The notes beneath the pieces are model-generated. The model did not search any database. It saw nothing but the letters and a program-made list of their open reading frames with translations, and was not told the DNA's origin. Below, piece after piece: positions 49,886 to 61,335 of a DNA stretch of 64,000 nucleotides. A program made the position numbers and the translations under genes. The stretch lies in the NCBI GenBank assembly GCA_001949185.1, contig BDGG01000013.1, positions 941,226 to 1,005,225 on the forward strand, in the 5' to 3' direction. This stretch comes from Ramazzottius varieornatus (Eukaryota; Animalia; Tardigrada). The stretch's first letter is position 1. Every line of letters begins with the position of its first letter.

Positions 49886-50671
49886 TAGTGCTGGCAAAAA
49901 TACGATAAAATTCGATACGATATTTTTCGATAAAATATCGGCGGATAGTTCATCGTGGTCTTCGATATTCATTCGGTATCCATTTTTCGATACGATATTT
50001 TTTCGATACTGTAAATATTCGCTGCGTCCGCGCAGTACGTATACGTACGTGACGTTGCACCCCGTAGGGGACTGCGCAATCCGTGAAACCGGACCGAGCT
50101 GTACTTCACTTGTACGATGACGTACCGCACGGACCCAGCGAATCTTTACAGTACCGTATTTTCGATATATCGTACCATATCGCAGCGATATATCGATATA
50201 TCGATATTACTGGAAATTTAGTTTTTCGGAACTCCACTGGTTCAAGCCCAAAAACTCAAGAAGCCGATTTCCACATAAAGCATTACTAAGATCGGAAGCG
50301 TCGGATGCAGCAAAGACGTGGCTATACTAAGACTGCAAACACTTGGAAACATGGACACAATTAGTAAGACCAAATGGGCGGACTGTGCTCGGTACACCAT
50401 GGCTGAAATCAAGTCTTTGAATCAACCATGGTCTTCCGTAAGCGTAATATCATTGGTGAGTTTGCCATTCAGCAAAATACCGATATATCGAAAATATATC
50501 GACATGGCGCGACATGATGTCGGTAAATGTTTTATTGCGTCATTTGATATGAGCTTCATATCGATATTTTCGATACGATATCTGTGGCATATTTTATCGC
50601 AAGGATTCGATATATTTCGATACGATATCGGTATACCGTATCGTTGCCTGCACGTATCGTTGCCAGCATTG
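49886..50671. mobile_element. hAT-like MITE rich in CGATAT/ATATCG repeats
   Basis: TIR TAGTGCTGGCAA/TTGCCAGCATTG; no clean TSD; a roughly 34-nt inverted fragment of it also sits at about 16436-16469. Confidence 0.7.
50009..50151. mobile_element. Small TA-flanked MITE nested in the hAT-like MITE
   Basis: TA-CTGTAAATATTCGCTG...CAGCGAATCTTTACAG-TA; near-identical inverted copy at 51891-52034. Confidence 0.85.
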
Positions 50672-51178
50672 GTTATTTGGTGCATGCTTTCAGCTTTCCC
50701 ATGGTTCATAGCGGTGAACATTTTCACCAAGTTCTCCATTCAGTTCCCCGTTTGAACAGATGTTCTGAGACTACTCTCGACATCGTAGTACTCAGTCAAC
50801 CCGGTATGTCGTTTGGGATTTAGAGTGTAAAGTGCGCGAAAATGCATCCCTACTAGTACAGATACAAGCTCGTGGAGAACAACAGTGAACCAAAAATTTA
50901 CACTACCAGGGAAGCATTTTGTGCACTGTATATGCAAAATGGAAATAGTTATCAACAGAAGGCTTGATTTTCAGTTCGTCTTCGTGGTATTTTATTGGCG
51001 TTTATGCAGAAGTACCAGGCAAGCGATACAGAGTCACACGCAAACGATAAGCAATAGCAGGACAAAGCCTGCCATGAAAGCCATCGTACTGTAGTACCAC
51101 GAACCGTGCATAATCTCGACATTCATCGCCGGTGCGGCTAATCAAAGATTAATCCGATACTGCCCAGTTCTGGAAACG

Positions 51179-51314
51179 AACACAGTACAGACTGCCACGA
51201 GACTGGCAGAGCGTATGAATACCGTATGAATACCACATGAATACCGCATGAATACTGCGGTATTCATACGGATTTCATACGCTCTGCCAGTCTCGTGGCA
51301 GTCTGTACTGTGTT
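51179..51314. repeat. Perfect foldback palindrome with an internal 11-bp tandem repeat
   Basis: 41-bp arms AACACAGTACAGACTGCCACGAGACTGGCAGAGCGTATGAA and its complement; ATGAATACC-type unit four times. Confidence 0.9.
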
Positions 51315-51413
51315 TACACTATTAGCTTTCTCGAGGGGGTTATTGCTCATCATCAAAAGTCAGTTTCCTCGCTTCCATGCCTTTTTGCTACCTTCTTGCT
51401 AACGCAGGGTATA

Positions 51414-51851
51414 CGCACGGCGGGTAATTATGGGACACTAAAAATTATGGTACAGGCGGAAAGGACGGCGAATTTTGATTCTGAATGCCAGCCAGAAATG
51501 AAAATCGAGCGCATGACGTAACGCAGTGAAATGTAACCGTAGAGAATTGTCATGGACAGTGTCCATCAGCCGAGGCTGCGGATTGTTCATTTACTTTCTT
51601 CCAGAGATGCTCTCGAATCCATATCATTTCTGTAAGCGTTTCCCCATAATGTACCAACCCTTCAAGACCAAGCGACCTCGACGGTACATCGAAAAAGTCT
51701 TGAAAGACGCGCTTTCTGCTATTCAGCACGTATGTGCAGCAAAGCAGCCATCAGTGCTGGTTTTTACTTGTAGTAAGAATCACCTGCCCGTTTCGCCGTA
51801 GCGAAATGCGTGTCCCACAATTTTCACTGTCCCATATTTACCCGCCGTGCG
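51414..51851 (+). mobile_element. pogo-like deletion derivative
   Basis: TIR CGCACGGCGGGTAA(T/A)TATGGGACA; retains the HTH_psq-like start MYQPFKTKRPRRYIEKVLKDALSAIQ. Confidence 0.7.
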
Positions 51852-51890
51852 TGTACGGGAACTTAAGTCGGAGTGGCCAAGAAAGATGTT

Positions 51891-52034
51891 CTGTGAATAT
51901 TCGCTGCATCCGCGCAGTACGTCATCGTACAAGTGAAGTACAGCCCCGGTCCGGTTTCACGGATTGCGCAGTCCCCTACGGGGTGCAACGTCACGTACGT
52001 ATACGTACTGTGCGGATGCAGCGAATCTTTACGG
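51891..52034. mobile_element. Inverted copy of the 50009-50151 MITE
   Basis: Reverse-complement identity over most of its length. Confidence 0.85.
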
Positions 52035-52311
52035 TAATAGGGTCACAAAGAAGTATGTGCTAGCCAACTACTGTCTCATTATAGAGAGGCTGCACTTGAC
52101 ACAGAGAAATCAAACAAACGAGAACTAATCAATTTTGAGAATCAGGGTTTACTAAAAGAGTCGTTGGAACCTTTGAGAGGTTGCAGAAGGCGTGGCCCTT
52201 CAATGAAACAATAGAACAAACGACTGAGGCTGGCCGTGGTGATTTTTTTGGTAATAATTAGCTCACCAAGGTAAAAAGGTGCTGGCCGAAGTGCATTTTG
52301 ATTGTCTGATT

Positions 52312-52564
52312 CAGAGGTTTTCCTGTCCTGTTGGGCATGGCACATGAGCTACAGTGGGCAGGTGGCGTTTCGTCAAATTTGAATTCTGAGTGATCGCCAC
52401 GTCATCCTATCCGACTGTATGGTGAGCAGTTGTTGAGTGGAACTACCACATTACTACCTTGGTTCACCGATCAGCTGATCGTGAGCTAATCAGCTGAGCG
52501 CGTAGGACCGTAACCTGCTCACTGTAGCTCATGTGCCATGGTCTATGGGTCAGGAAAACCTCTG
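52312..52564. mobile_element. hAT MITE
   Basis: TIR CAGAGGTTTTCCTG/CAGGAAAACCTCTG; perfect 8-bp TSD GTCTGATT. Confidence 0.9.
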
Positions 52565-53319
52565 GTCTGATTATCCAGAGTGAAGGCACTTCATTGCCCA
52601 GGCACCGATTACGCTTCCCAATGCTTACGGCCAGCCAGAGTAATACTGAAGGCAATTCTGGAAACTTTCAAATTTGCGGAGAGTCTCCTTCGGGATTCAC
52701 GAACGACAGGCGCGTTTTTATACGTAAAGTTTTGCCGTAGAAATTTTGGTAATTGAGAATTATTCGAAGTTTGGCACTGACGTCACAGGCGAGCCTTTGG
52801 GTCGGGTCGGCTTTACGCCAGCTTCACCACATTGCGTTCTCGATCAGCTGACGGCTTGCTCATCAGCGCGAACCATGATGTCAGAGCCAAACTTTGATAA
52901 TTAGAGAAAGCACCGATAAGGTAGATGCTGCTCTTTCCACCGAGAAACCCCAATTGTGATTCACGTGACAGATACCTTGAAGGTAAACTCGGCATGTCGG
53001 AATTTCGTGGTGAACGGTCGTCTCAGAGTACCCAACGTGGGCGTAAAATCAAAGTACATGATACCAAAAATAGCAACTGGTACCGTGCTGCGCCTTGATG
53101 TGATTGTTTGTAGCGCTGGTAGACCTACCCATTATCATTCGAAATTTCTTGCGGGAGTCCGATTCTGGAGATGGCGCTCGATGTTCAGTGGGCCCCTGAC
53201 AATATCGCTGTGTGGCGAGTTATCGCGCAGTACATGACGTATACCGTTACTTTTTTCCATCTTTGCAATCACGTATCTCGCAATCTGTTACCGCGTTCTT
53301 AATTCTTTCAGTCAGAAAA

Positions 53320-53730
53320 GCTTGGTGAATGCTTCAAACGGAACGGCTAGTTCAACCCCCGCGGGTCGATTAGAACGAGTGAAACATTCGGTGCGAGTGG
53401 TGCCTACCGTCTCAAGAGTTATGGCCGCAGAGTGTTGGCAGTCGCTGTTCCGTCTGCGTTCTTCACAACGCAGACTAGGAAAGCATCAACCGGAATATGT
53501 ATCTGATCATGGCATACTTGATCCCGAGCCAAATTTTGTCTATTGCTTTGGTTCAAGAGTGCCCGCAGCAGGAATTTGTCTCGAATAGGGTTTTGAGCAC
53601 CTATGTTGACCTGTTTAGCTTGTTGACCCCGATAGCTCACCAGCAAGACGCTGTTCAAGGTTGGTCTCCTTTTTACCACCCGGCCGGGATCTTGTTCGGG
53701 CATAGAGGTGGAGACGGGACAGTAGCAGGT
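53320..53730 (+). pseudogene. Possible decayed C2-domain fragment
   Basis: FNP...ETF, then ILSIALVQ...STYVDLFSLL...VQGWSPFY, resembling C2 beta-strands; stops upstream. Confidence 0.3.
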
Positions 53731-54090
53731 CGTATTAGACGAATCATAAAATGGTATATGCATTTCCCAATGAGGCCTACTGTTATTCTGTTCAGTAATG
53801 TATGGATCAGAGTATGCATATTGTACGTACGTGGGATACCCTGTCTGTCTGCTGTATACGTAGCATCTGAAACTCAGCGTCTTGACCAGGGATTAGTCCG
53901 CTCTTGGTTCTCACACGGCAATTTCGGATGACGGGCCCGTTTAAATACAGCCTTTCTCAGAAGCCCTTAGACCGTTTGTTCCAACCTCGACTGTTCCTGT
54001 ATGTATATCGTTCGAGTGACAAACTGAATTTGAGTTTAACGCTTTTTCCAATTTTCGGATTCGGGCAGTTTCCCGACAGCGACGAGGAAG

Positions 54091-55742
54091 ATGTTTGTGC
54101 TGTGTGAAAACACAGTCGGCTTTGTCTGCCTAGTATTTCTGTGCGGTTCCACGAGAGCGAATGCCAAAGAGGGAGCTCCAAAAATCTTGTCTATGGTAAG
54201 TCGTGCATGTACAGTACACATACGATGATAAATTATCGGACAGTAAAAATTATGGGCCACACCTTTTTGCCACGGCGGCAAGGGCAAGTGATTTTTGCTT
54301 CGTACATACACTCAAGAAAAGGAAGTTTGGGCCAGTAAACAGCGGAACGGAAGTAAGTACGTACTTACATGTGTAACTCACAGCCATGCTTTTTTCGGCA
54401 GTTTTCTACGGTTGAATTTTCAGTTTGCCGTTCTTCCGTATAGCCCAAACTTTTTAGTGGCCCAAACTTCCTTTTCCTGGGTGTACAACTAGAAGGCTCG
54501 GCGAAGTTAGAATAAACCGTTCTAGCCGTACTTAGCCGTGGCTGAAATTTATTGTATGTTCGATTGATTTGTTGATATTAAGTCGGCTGAAAATGTTTAG
54601 CCATTCTAACCGCAACCGAAAACGGCTAAACGGCCTTTCTTGCTTAGGCGGGCCTTCTATACATACAAGTAAAAAACCGGCACTGGAGGATAGCGTTGCT
54701 GTTCGCACGTCGGCAAAAGCCGAACAGTTGATCGGCTGGTGGGCATTGTCCGTGACGAGTCTCTACGGTCAAATTTCACTGTGTTATATTTTCTTTTTAT
54801 ATTTCTGGCTGGCATTTGAAATGTGTAATTGCCATCAATTCCGCCTCGCCCATAATTCTCACTGCCCAAGAATCCGTCGTCGTACATGTATTGCGGTGCT
54901 CCGTGTGAAGGTGTGCAGATTCAACATTGTAAAGGCGATACTGTGTGTAGAGTGTCGACGTACCGGATGCGACGAACCAGCCTCCAGATAGCGCGAGAAG
55001 CACAACGGTCAAGTTCGCAACGGATCGTGCCGTTCGTCTGGAGGTGCAGATACAGCAGTTCATCAACGATAAAGGCCTGACTGCACGAGGCGAGGACTGC
55101 GACATTGCCACTTCCTGCGATATTTATCTGTCAACTTTCCTTGATACGTAAGTTCGATCACTAGCTAGCAAAATGGCTGGCTTTAGAATACGTTTCCCTT
55201 CATTCCAAGTTTAAAGCTGTGGTCACGCAAGAACTTTTAACAGGACGACTCCCACCGCACGATGGCCGGGCAGCGCTACCTTCGTAACCTTCAACCGGAT
55301 CTTCTCCGTCACGGACACCAATTCCTTTCAGGTGGAAAGAATTATCAGGAGGGACTTCTGCAATGTCACCGTCACACCGGTACGCTAATGTACGACTGCC
55401 TCGTTTTTTGATGTCTACGTTGTTTTTTACGACATCTGTTTCTTATGGTTCGCTTTCCAGGTAGCCACGCTACGTGTTGAAGCATTAGATCAGGACACCT
55501 TCACGCCTGATGACATTGTGGAACAGTTTAACTGTGGTCCTCTGCCTTCCATTGATCTGGCAAGTTTCGTGACCGACCCAGATCTAGAGACCGACTTGAG
55601 CTGGAATCCACTGACCTGCACGGGACTCCTGCAAGGCGGACAGGTTCAGTTGACTGTCGGCTATCGAGCCTCCTTCGTCCTGAGCGCCGCTTGCGTCGTG
55701 CCGTCACCAATCATCACTGCAGAACTAGAAAAATCAATCTAG
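54091..55742 (+). CDS. AMNP/g12777-family secreted C2-fold protein, paralog A (exons 54091-54195, 54951-55147, 55244-55379, 55461-55742)
   Basis: Signal peptide MFVLCENTVGFVCLVFLCGSTRA; VRLEVQIQQFINDKGLTARGEDCDIATSCDIYLSTFLDT; PTARWPGS; RDFC; LRVEALDQDTFTPDDIVEQFNC; six Cys in the domain; all splice phases consistent. Confidence 0.85.
54309..54483. mobile_element. MITE in intron 1 of AMNP-like paralog A
   Basis: TIR CAC(T/C)CA(A/G)GAAAAGGAAGTTTGGGCCA, TA flanks; a second TAGAAGGC...GCCTTCTA element follows at about 54490-54659. Confidence 0.75.
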
Positions 55743-55930
55743 TTCATTCTGGTACCATGTTTCAATTTATCTCGCTTGTCTAGAAATAAGTAGCATGGCC
55801 ACGCCCTTTCCCTTAATCGTACAAATGAATTACTCAGCAACGATGCTCTGGTGAAGAGCAGAAATTGTTCTACACTGTGTTCATGGCTCTTGTGACTGTT
55901 TGGTTAACTGAACACTTTCCGTTGTCGAAC

Positions 55931-57541
55931 ATGGGTGATAAAATTTGGAATTACAATAATGGCGACAAAGTTTACGAGGAAGACATCTCTGGTCTTCAGC
56001 TGTCTGTGCTGGACGAAGTTACACAAAGGCTTTTAGACTCTGATGATGATGAGTCTAAAGCCGTGGTTGGTTATGATACGGGTGACCCACAATTCCTAGA
56101 CAAAGCCTACAATGATATGCGCAAGTTGGACTTTCTCCTTCGAGAGCGCTTTTCAGTGGAGGACAGCCTACGGCGCAAGCGTCGTCGCCATCTCAAGACT
56201 ATCCATCAGACCTTGTCTGAGCTGCAAGTTGAAAGCGGCGCCAGACATGGCGGTCAGCACGAACAAGAGAATACCAGGAAGTTCATGTCGGCTACCGAAT
56301 TACAAAGTGTACTTCCCGATATTGTCCAGTCGACTGTGTCTGAGGAGGAGATCAGTTCACAGACCGATTCGACCATTACAACTCCCTTTACCGACTCTTT
56401 GTCTGAAAGCACAATGTCGATTCCGAAGCGAATCAATGTGGACGAACTGGAAGACCTAGAGAAGAGATGGGCGCTTATGCCTTCCGACGATTATAAAGAT
56501 GAAGAAAATGCAGATCCAGAAAAACCATCGCTTGAAAAGTTTCAGAAAAATGTGAAGCCTTCCAAAAGCTCAAAATATTATTCGCCATCTTTCCGGTTCG
56601 ATTCTCAGCCGCCGCAAGTCGACCATGTGAAGCGGAATATTCTGTGCGGTGGACATTTCCACACACTCGAAGAAAGGAATCGTCTAGAAGAGCTTCTTAA
56701 TGAGGCTCTTCAAGCAACCACTTTTGAGGATGAAGAGGTACTGAACAATGCAGTGCGACCTGCGTATACTGCAAACCCATTTACGTTATTCGGCGAAGAG
56801 TACAAAGCCTTACAAGATTTGGACGAGCAACTGAGCGCAGTGAGGAGAGCACAAAGAGACTCAAACGATCCTACCCGGAAAGGTCCGCCGAGTAGTAGTT
56901 TCAACAGCACGAACGTCGACCAGCTACACTTCGGTTTTCAAAAGTCCGAACGACAAGCCTGTGAGGAAGCCAGAAGAAGGTTCGAAGAAATCAACACTCG
57001 GTTGAGTGAAATCGAGTCGGCTGAGAATATGATGTTGGGAAGGATACTCGAACATGCTGAACCGGTCGAACCTGTTGAAAGTCAGGAGAATATCCATGAA
57101 GCGTTAAGAATGGCTGAGAAAGACCTTCTTGCGGTCACTTATTACACTTCTGGGGACTCGAGCAACGCAGTAGTGCCGTTTGTGTCGGAAGAGCAATTGA
57201 ATCTGCTGTTGGGGCCGTTGCCCCGTTGCAGCCATTTTGAGAACCTCGATAAGCAACACTGGCACGGAGAAAGCTTTGAACAATGGAAAGCGTGGCTGGA
57301 AGACCGACAGGTGTCGCTCGATAAAATTCACCAGGAACTGCAGGGAGATCGGAAGAGAATACAAGACGGCTTTGAGAATGGAGAGTTTATCTCGGTTGAA
57401 GAAATGGAGAGGCGGTTTTTAGACTTGATGAATGATTTGAAGAATCTCAAGGATGAACTCGGTGGTTTGATTGTTTCGGAGAATAACAAAGTGTTGCAAG
57501 AGAAAAAATCGCCTTCTGCATTGCTCCCAATAAAATGCTGA
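55931..57541 (+). CDS. FSIP1: Intronless acidic coiled-coil protein, fibrous sheath-interacting protein 1-like
   Basis: Uninterrupted 536-aa ORF (alternative ATG at 55883). Blocks MRKLDFLL, EQENTRKFMS, DHVKRNI...EERNRLEELL, RFEEINTRL and SEEQLNLLL match, in order, FSIP1 conserved blocks as recalled from memory. Confidence 0.72.
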   Translation: MGDKIWNYNNGDKVYEEDISGLQLSVLDEVTQRLLDSDDDESKAVVGYDTGDPQFLDKAYNDMRKLDFLLRERFSVEDSLRRKRRRHLKTIHQTLSELQVESGARHGGQHEQENTRKFMSATELQSVLPDIVQSTVSEEEISSQTDSTITTPFTDSLSESTMSIPKRINVDELEDLEKRWALMPSDDYKDEENADPEKPSLEKFQKNVKPSKSSKYYSPSFRFDSQPPQVDHVKRNILCGGHFHTLEERNRLEELLNEALQATTFEDEEVLNNAVRPAYTANPFTLFGEEYKALQDLDEQLSAVRRAQRDSNDPTRKGPPSSSFNSTNVDQLHFGFQKSERQACEEARRRFEEINTRLSEIESAENMMLGRILEHAEPVEPVESQENIHEALRMAEKDLLAVTYYTSGDSSNAVVPFVSEEQLNLLLGPLPRCSHFENLDKQHWHGESFEQWKAWLEDRQVSLDKIHQELQGDRKRIQDGFENGEFISVEEMERRFLDLMNDLKNLKDELGGLIVSENNKVLQEKKSPSALLPIKC

Positions 57542-57880
57542 GAGCCAGAGTATTTTCCAAGTGGCTCATGACGTACAGTGGGTGCAACTTCCGTGTTTGC
57601 ACTAAAACCAGCGTCTGTTCTCGACGGACACGTTGATTCATTTAAGGTTTCCACGTTATCGTGCAATCCGAAAGGGATTAAGGTCGTCGATAGGGATCTC
57701 CATCGAGACGACGAGACTATCTAGCAAAACTTAAACACTCGATGGCTTCGTTTATTCACCTGGGTTTTTAGAAAGCTGACAACTCTCCATTGTGGATATT
57801 GTCTTTAAACTTGCACATGTTGAAAGCACCATCCGCTAATTAATTCCAGAAACTCGGTCCGGATTTACAATACCTCCACC

Positions 57881-59060
57881 ATGATCCGATTTTTCTGTTC
57901 CATTACTTTTGCCGTTATGGTAAGTTGAGCGGTACATTGAGCATTTTTCCACCGTCAAAGACTTTCACTGTATGTAAATTCTCCTAAATTATTAATAGCT
58001 GGGTCAGTCGCTTTGCTGAAGATTTTGCCATGTGCCGCATATTACGGTCAGTTTATCTGTTGCCTTGTACAATTTTCAGGTCGCTTCAGCTGTAGGAGCG
58101 CCGCTTCGGACAAGCGTAATAGGCTTTTACCGCATCGAAGTGGAATTGGGCGAGCTAGAGAATTCGCAAGGCTACCAGGCAAATGGGCAGTTCTGTGACG
58201 AAGTTACCCAGTGTGATCCCGTTATTTATGCCTACATCGATGTGTAAGCCCGACCGAAAAGCACGCTTGTCTGTCACGCCTCTTTCAACAGGTCAGAATG
58301 TCTTATTGGCAAGTTCATCTTCTTACAGGGAGAAACCTCTATCACCGTGGCCAGCAAAGAACCCTACGGACATGAATATGCTAACATGGATGCGCAACAG
58401 CAACTCTTACGGAATCAATTCGACAACTGTCAAGGACATCTGCGGCGGAGGTCTCGGTGTAAGCTGGCACATTTGTTTCTCATACCGGCTATCGTCGACT
58501 CAACCTGACCACAGAAATTATCTGGTCCGTTTTCTATAGAATATCAATGCACGTATCGAGGTTCAGGACGAAGATTTCCTTGGGAAATATGACTTAATCG
58601 AACAGGTACAAACAGGTTGACTTGCTGACGTCCACGATCCGAAAGTTATGTTCTTTCTTGTTTACAGTTTGAATGCAAGTTCTATCCCACGATTGCCGAC
58701 AGATTAGGCGGTCAAGAAAACGACATTGACAGAACTGCAGCACGGTTCAAAGAGTGGACACCTTTCAGCGAATGCACGGCGAAGCACCAGCCTGAGAAAC
58801 TGCGGTAGGGGCGAACTTTAAAATCAAACCGGAAGTTCTGAGCCCGAAATTCGGATTCGTCGAAAATATTTTCCGCGCTTAGTTTGACCTGTCTTTGCTG
58901 TTTCCACGTTTAAAGGTTATTTTATCGGTGGAGAGTTTACGCGATTGACATTAGCGAATGCGGTCAGGAGCCCAAGCCAGTTTCAACCGTCAAGATTGTC
59001 CAAGTGGAAAGCTCCGCCGTACAGTCACTTCAAGGCGACCGGGAAGTCCAGGTGTTGTAG
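57881..59060 (+). CDS. AMNP/g12777-family paralog B (exons 57881-57919, 58080-58243, 58329-58458, 58540-58605, 58668-58804, 58916-59060)
   Basis: CCACC-ATG start; signal peptide; YRIEVELGELENSQGYQANGQFCDEVTQCDPVIYAYIDV|EKPLSPWP...KDICGG|NINARIEVQDEDFLGKYDLIEQ|FEC...CTAKHQPEKLR|LFYRWRVYAIDISECG. Confidence 0.88.
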
Positions 59061-59690
59061 TGTCCCATACGCATACGCCTCCGTAGTCTGCTCAAGTTCT
59101 CCGGTGGTCCCTTTAACTACTTGTTTTTTTAGAGTTTATTGTTGAATGCAGAGCGAGGTTAAACTGTTCACAATTTACTTCATGTCCCCACTGCTAGTTC
59201 GGACCTACTTATTTGACTGTGCTGTACGCTGTAAAATATGCTTCTTTGTATCGAGGATTGCTCGAGTACAACAAAATAAAGAGGCTGACGGGACTAGAGT
59301 TCCGCGCTACAGTCGAGTATGGTTGATAATGCATAGATGGAAGACTGGCTTCGGGTGAATCTCACAGTAGGGAACTGCCTAACCTGACGCAATTCTGTTG
59401 TTGTTGTGGCTATGCACTGACCTTTGGTTCCATCAACCGAGATCTGATATTGCGTTTGCGAGCTGCAACGATCACAAGGTTGATCTAGATACCTTAAACT
59501 TTGTTCGATCGAAGGAGGGCATGAGATTGTAGACTAGCCTAAACTGATGTGTTCTGGCCCATAAGATTTGTTCAGCTATTTGTCACACAGTGGCACAAGA
59601 AAAAAATGGGACTCCGCATGCGTGATGCACACATTGATTTTTGCTTGTACCGGTAGAATCAATTTCTGTCGTATATTTTCGCCCGGAGAA

Positions 59691-60579
59691 ATGTCGCATC
59701 ATCTTGTCGATAACGGAGCTTCTGGACGGGTTTTATGTGTGACTTTTGCGCTGACACTTCTGACAAGGCTGTTTGTGAGCGTCGGTGGCAAAGACTACTT
59801 AGTGATCTATCCTCCCGAAAACACAGAGCACGCCGTTCAACCCAGTCGCTTTTTCCGGGTGGAAGTTCTTTTCACTCACTTGGAGAATATTGACGGAAGA
59901 ACTTACAATGGAAAGCGATGCGATATTGTGACGAAATGTGATCCGATCGTTTACACCTTCATCGATATGTAAATCACAGAATAAACTTCCGGTCCAACGG
60001 TATGGTACATTACCTTCAGCAACCCAGCTTGTGCTTTGATTTAGGGAGATACCTCAAGCCCCTTTTCCGGGAGCGGCCCGCAGCCTGAAAGACTTCAATC
60101 GTATTGTGCAGGAACGCGACAAAAACACTGTGATCATGAACGCCAAGTTGACTCAGGATCTCTGTACACCGGTGACTCTGAAGCAGCAAAAAGTAAGCTT
60201 TGCGAGAACCTCGATCTCTTCTTTTGGCAAATGTTTGTTCAACGATACTACTCGACAGTGTTGTTTCTGTATACCTTAGCCTATCAATGTCCGGGTGAAA
60301 GTCATGGACTACGATTTCCTGACGTTGTATGATCTGATCGAGGAGTTTGACTGTCGGCTGCCTGGATTCAAACCTCGAAATGCGAGTGTGGTGATTGAGA
60401 AAGAGTCGTTGGAATGGTCTTCGGTAACAGACTGCGTGGCGCTCAATCGTCCGGGAAAAGTCAAGTTGAGCTACAGATGGCGGGCTTATCCTATCATGGC
60501 TTCGGACTGTGGTGCTGTGTATGCTCCACTTCCTGGCCGGGTGGTTTCACGAAGTACACCTCCAAGCGTCGATTCCTGA
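59691..60579 (+). CDS. AMNP/g12777-family paralog C (exons 59691-59968, 60045-60192, 60280-60579)
   Basis: Signal-like N-terminus; FRVEVLFTHLENIDGRTYNGKRCDIVTKCDPIVYTFIDM|EIPQAPFPG...QDLC|INVRVKVMDYDFLTLYDLIEEFDC...WSSVTDC...LSYRWRAYPIMASDCG. Confidence 0.88.
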
Positions 60580-61335
60580 ATCACCCTGTAGCCCGAAGGA
60601 TAGCCAAACTTTCGGCTCGAAACTGGTTGTATTTATTCTATTTCGCTGTTCTTGAAGGTTCTGTTGTACAGCAGACAAAAATTACAACAGTGTACGCGAA
60701 AATTAACCGTTTAAGATGGGAGTGACACCGCAGTAGGAGCTTATTTCCGATTCAGCCAATTATAATGGGAGTCTGTTACTGTACCCTCGCCATTCACGCG
60801 GATTAAGACTGGATCAAGAAGAGATAAAGAAAAGGAATAAGAAGCACGGCACTGTATCGTTGATTGAGTGGTTGTTCCAAGTCATTAATCAAGTAATCAA
60901 TTGTCTGATTTGATCGGTCGATTGGCACCGTTTTGTATAATCAATCACTTAATCATACGCACTGATGATGGACAAGGACGGATGAGCCCTTCTTTATCAT
61001 TTTTCATTCGCGGATAAGCATTGGATAAAAAAATGGATAAAGGATGAAGGTCAAAGGTTTTTATGGGGGTTTTTCCTATCTGTAACAAGCCTAGACGTGG
61101 TCTGACTCGTGATGCTTGTTTATCAATACTATCTTTTGCTCAGCCTTGATGTCTGTACGAAAAAGAGCAAAAGCGTCGCTCAGTCGGGAAACATTCAAAC
61201 TCGTTTGTAAGGTATCGTGATCGCTTTCCTGTCGAGCTTTGGACTTCGGAGCACAGATTGTGAGGGAGTTTTCAAATAACTGATTACTGTACTTCGTCGA
61301 CACTTTCTCAAAGTTGAGCCGGTTTCGGGAAGACG

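Larger units (their letters stand above)
47238..51094 (+). pseudogene. Orphan GPCR pseudogene split by nested transposon insertions
   Basis: MDNRSDFANFT...SLGIFGN...GVRLLILN...TANWADLS [insert 47576-49510] LAANLMFAVCYPYRY...RMLARAMIAS [insert 49886-50671] VIWCMLSAFPW...YSVNP|intron|FVFVVF. Confidence 0.8.

Noticed and set aside
54765-54881. ACG-initiated signal-peptide exon for AMNP-like paralog A
   Set aside because: A better exon 1 exists at 54091-54195 with ATG, a signal peptide and a phase-0 GTAAGT donor.
54951-55147. Notch ligand (Delta/Serrate) gene based on the MNNL-like N-terminus
   Set aside because: No DSL, EGF or TM exons follow; each gene ends after a single C2-like domain.
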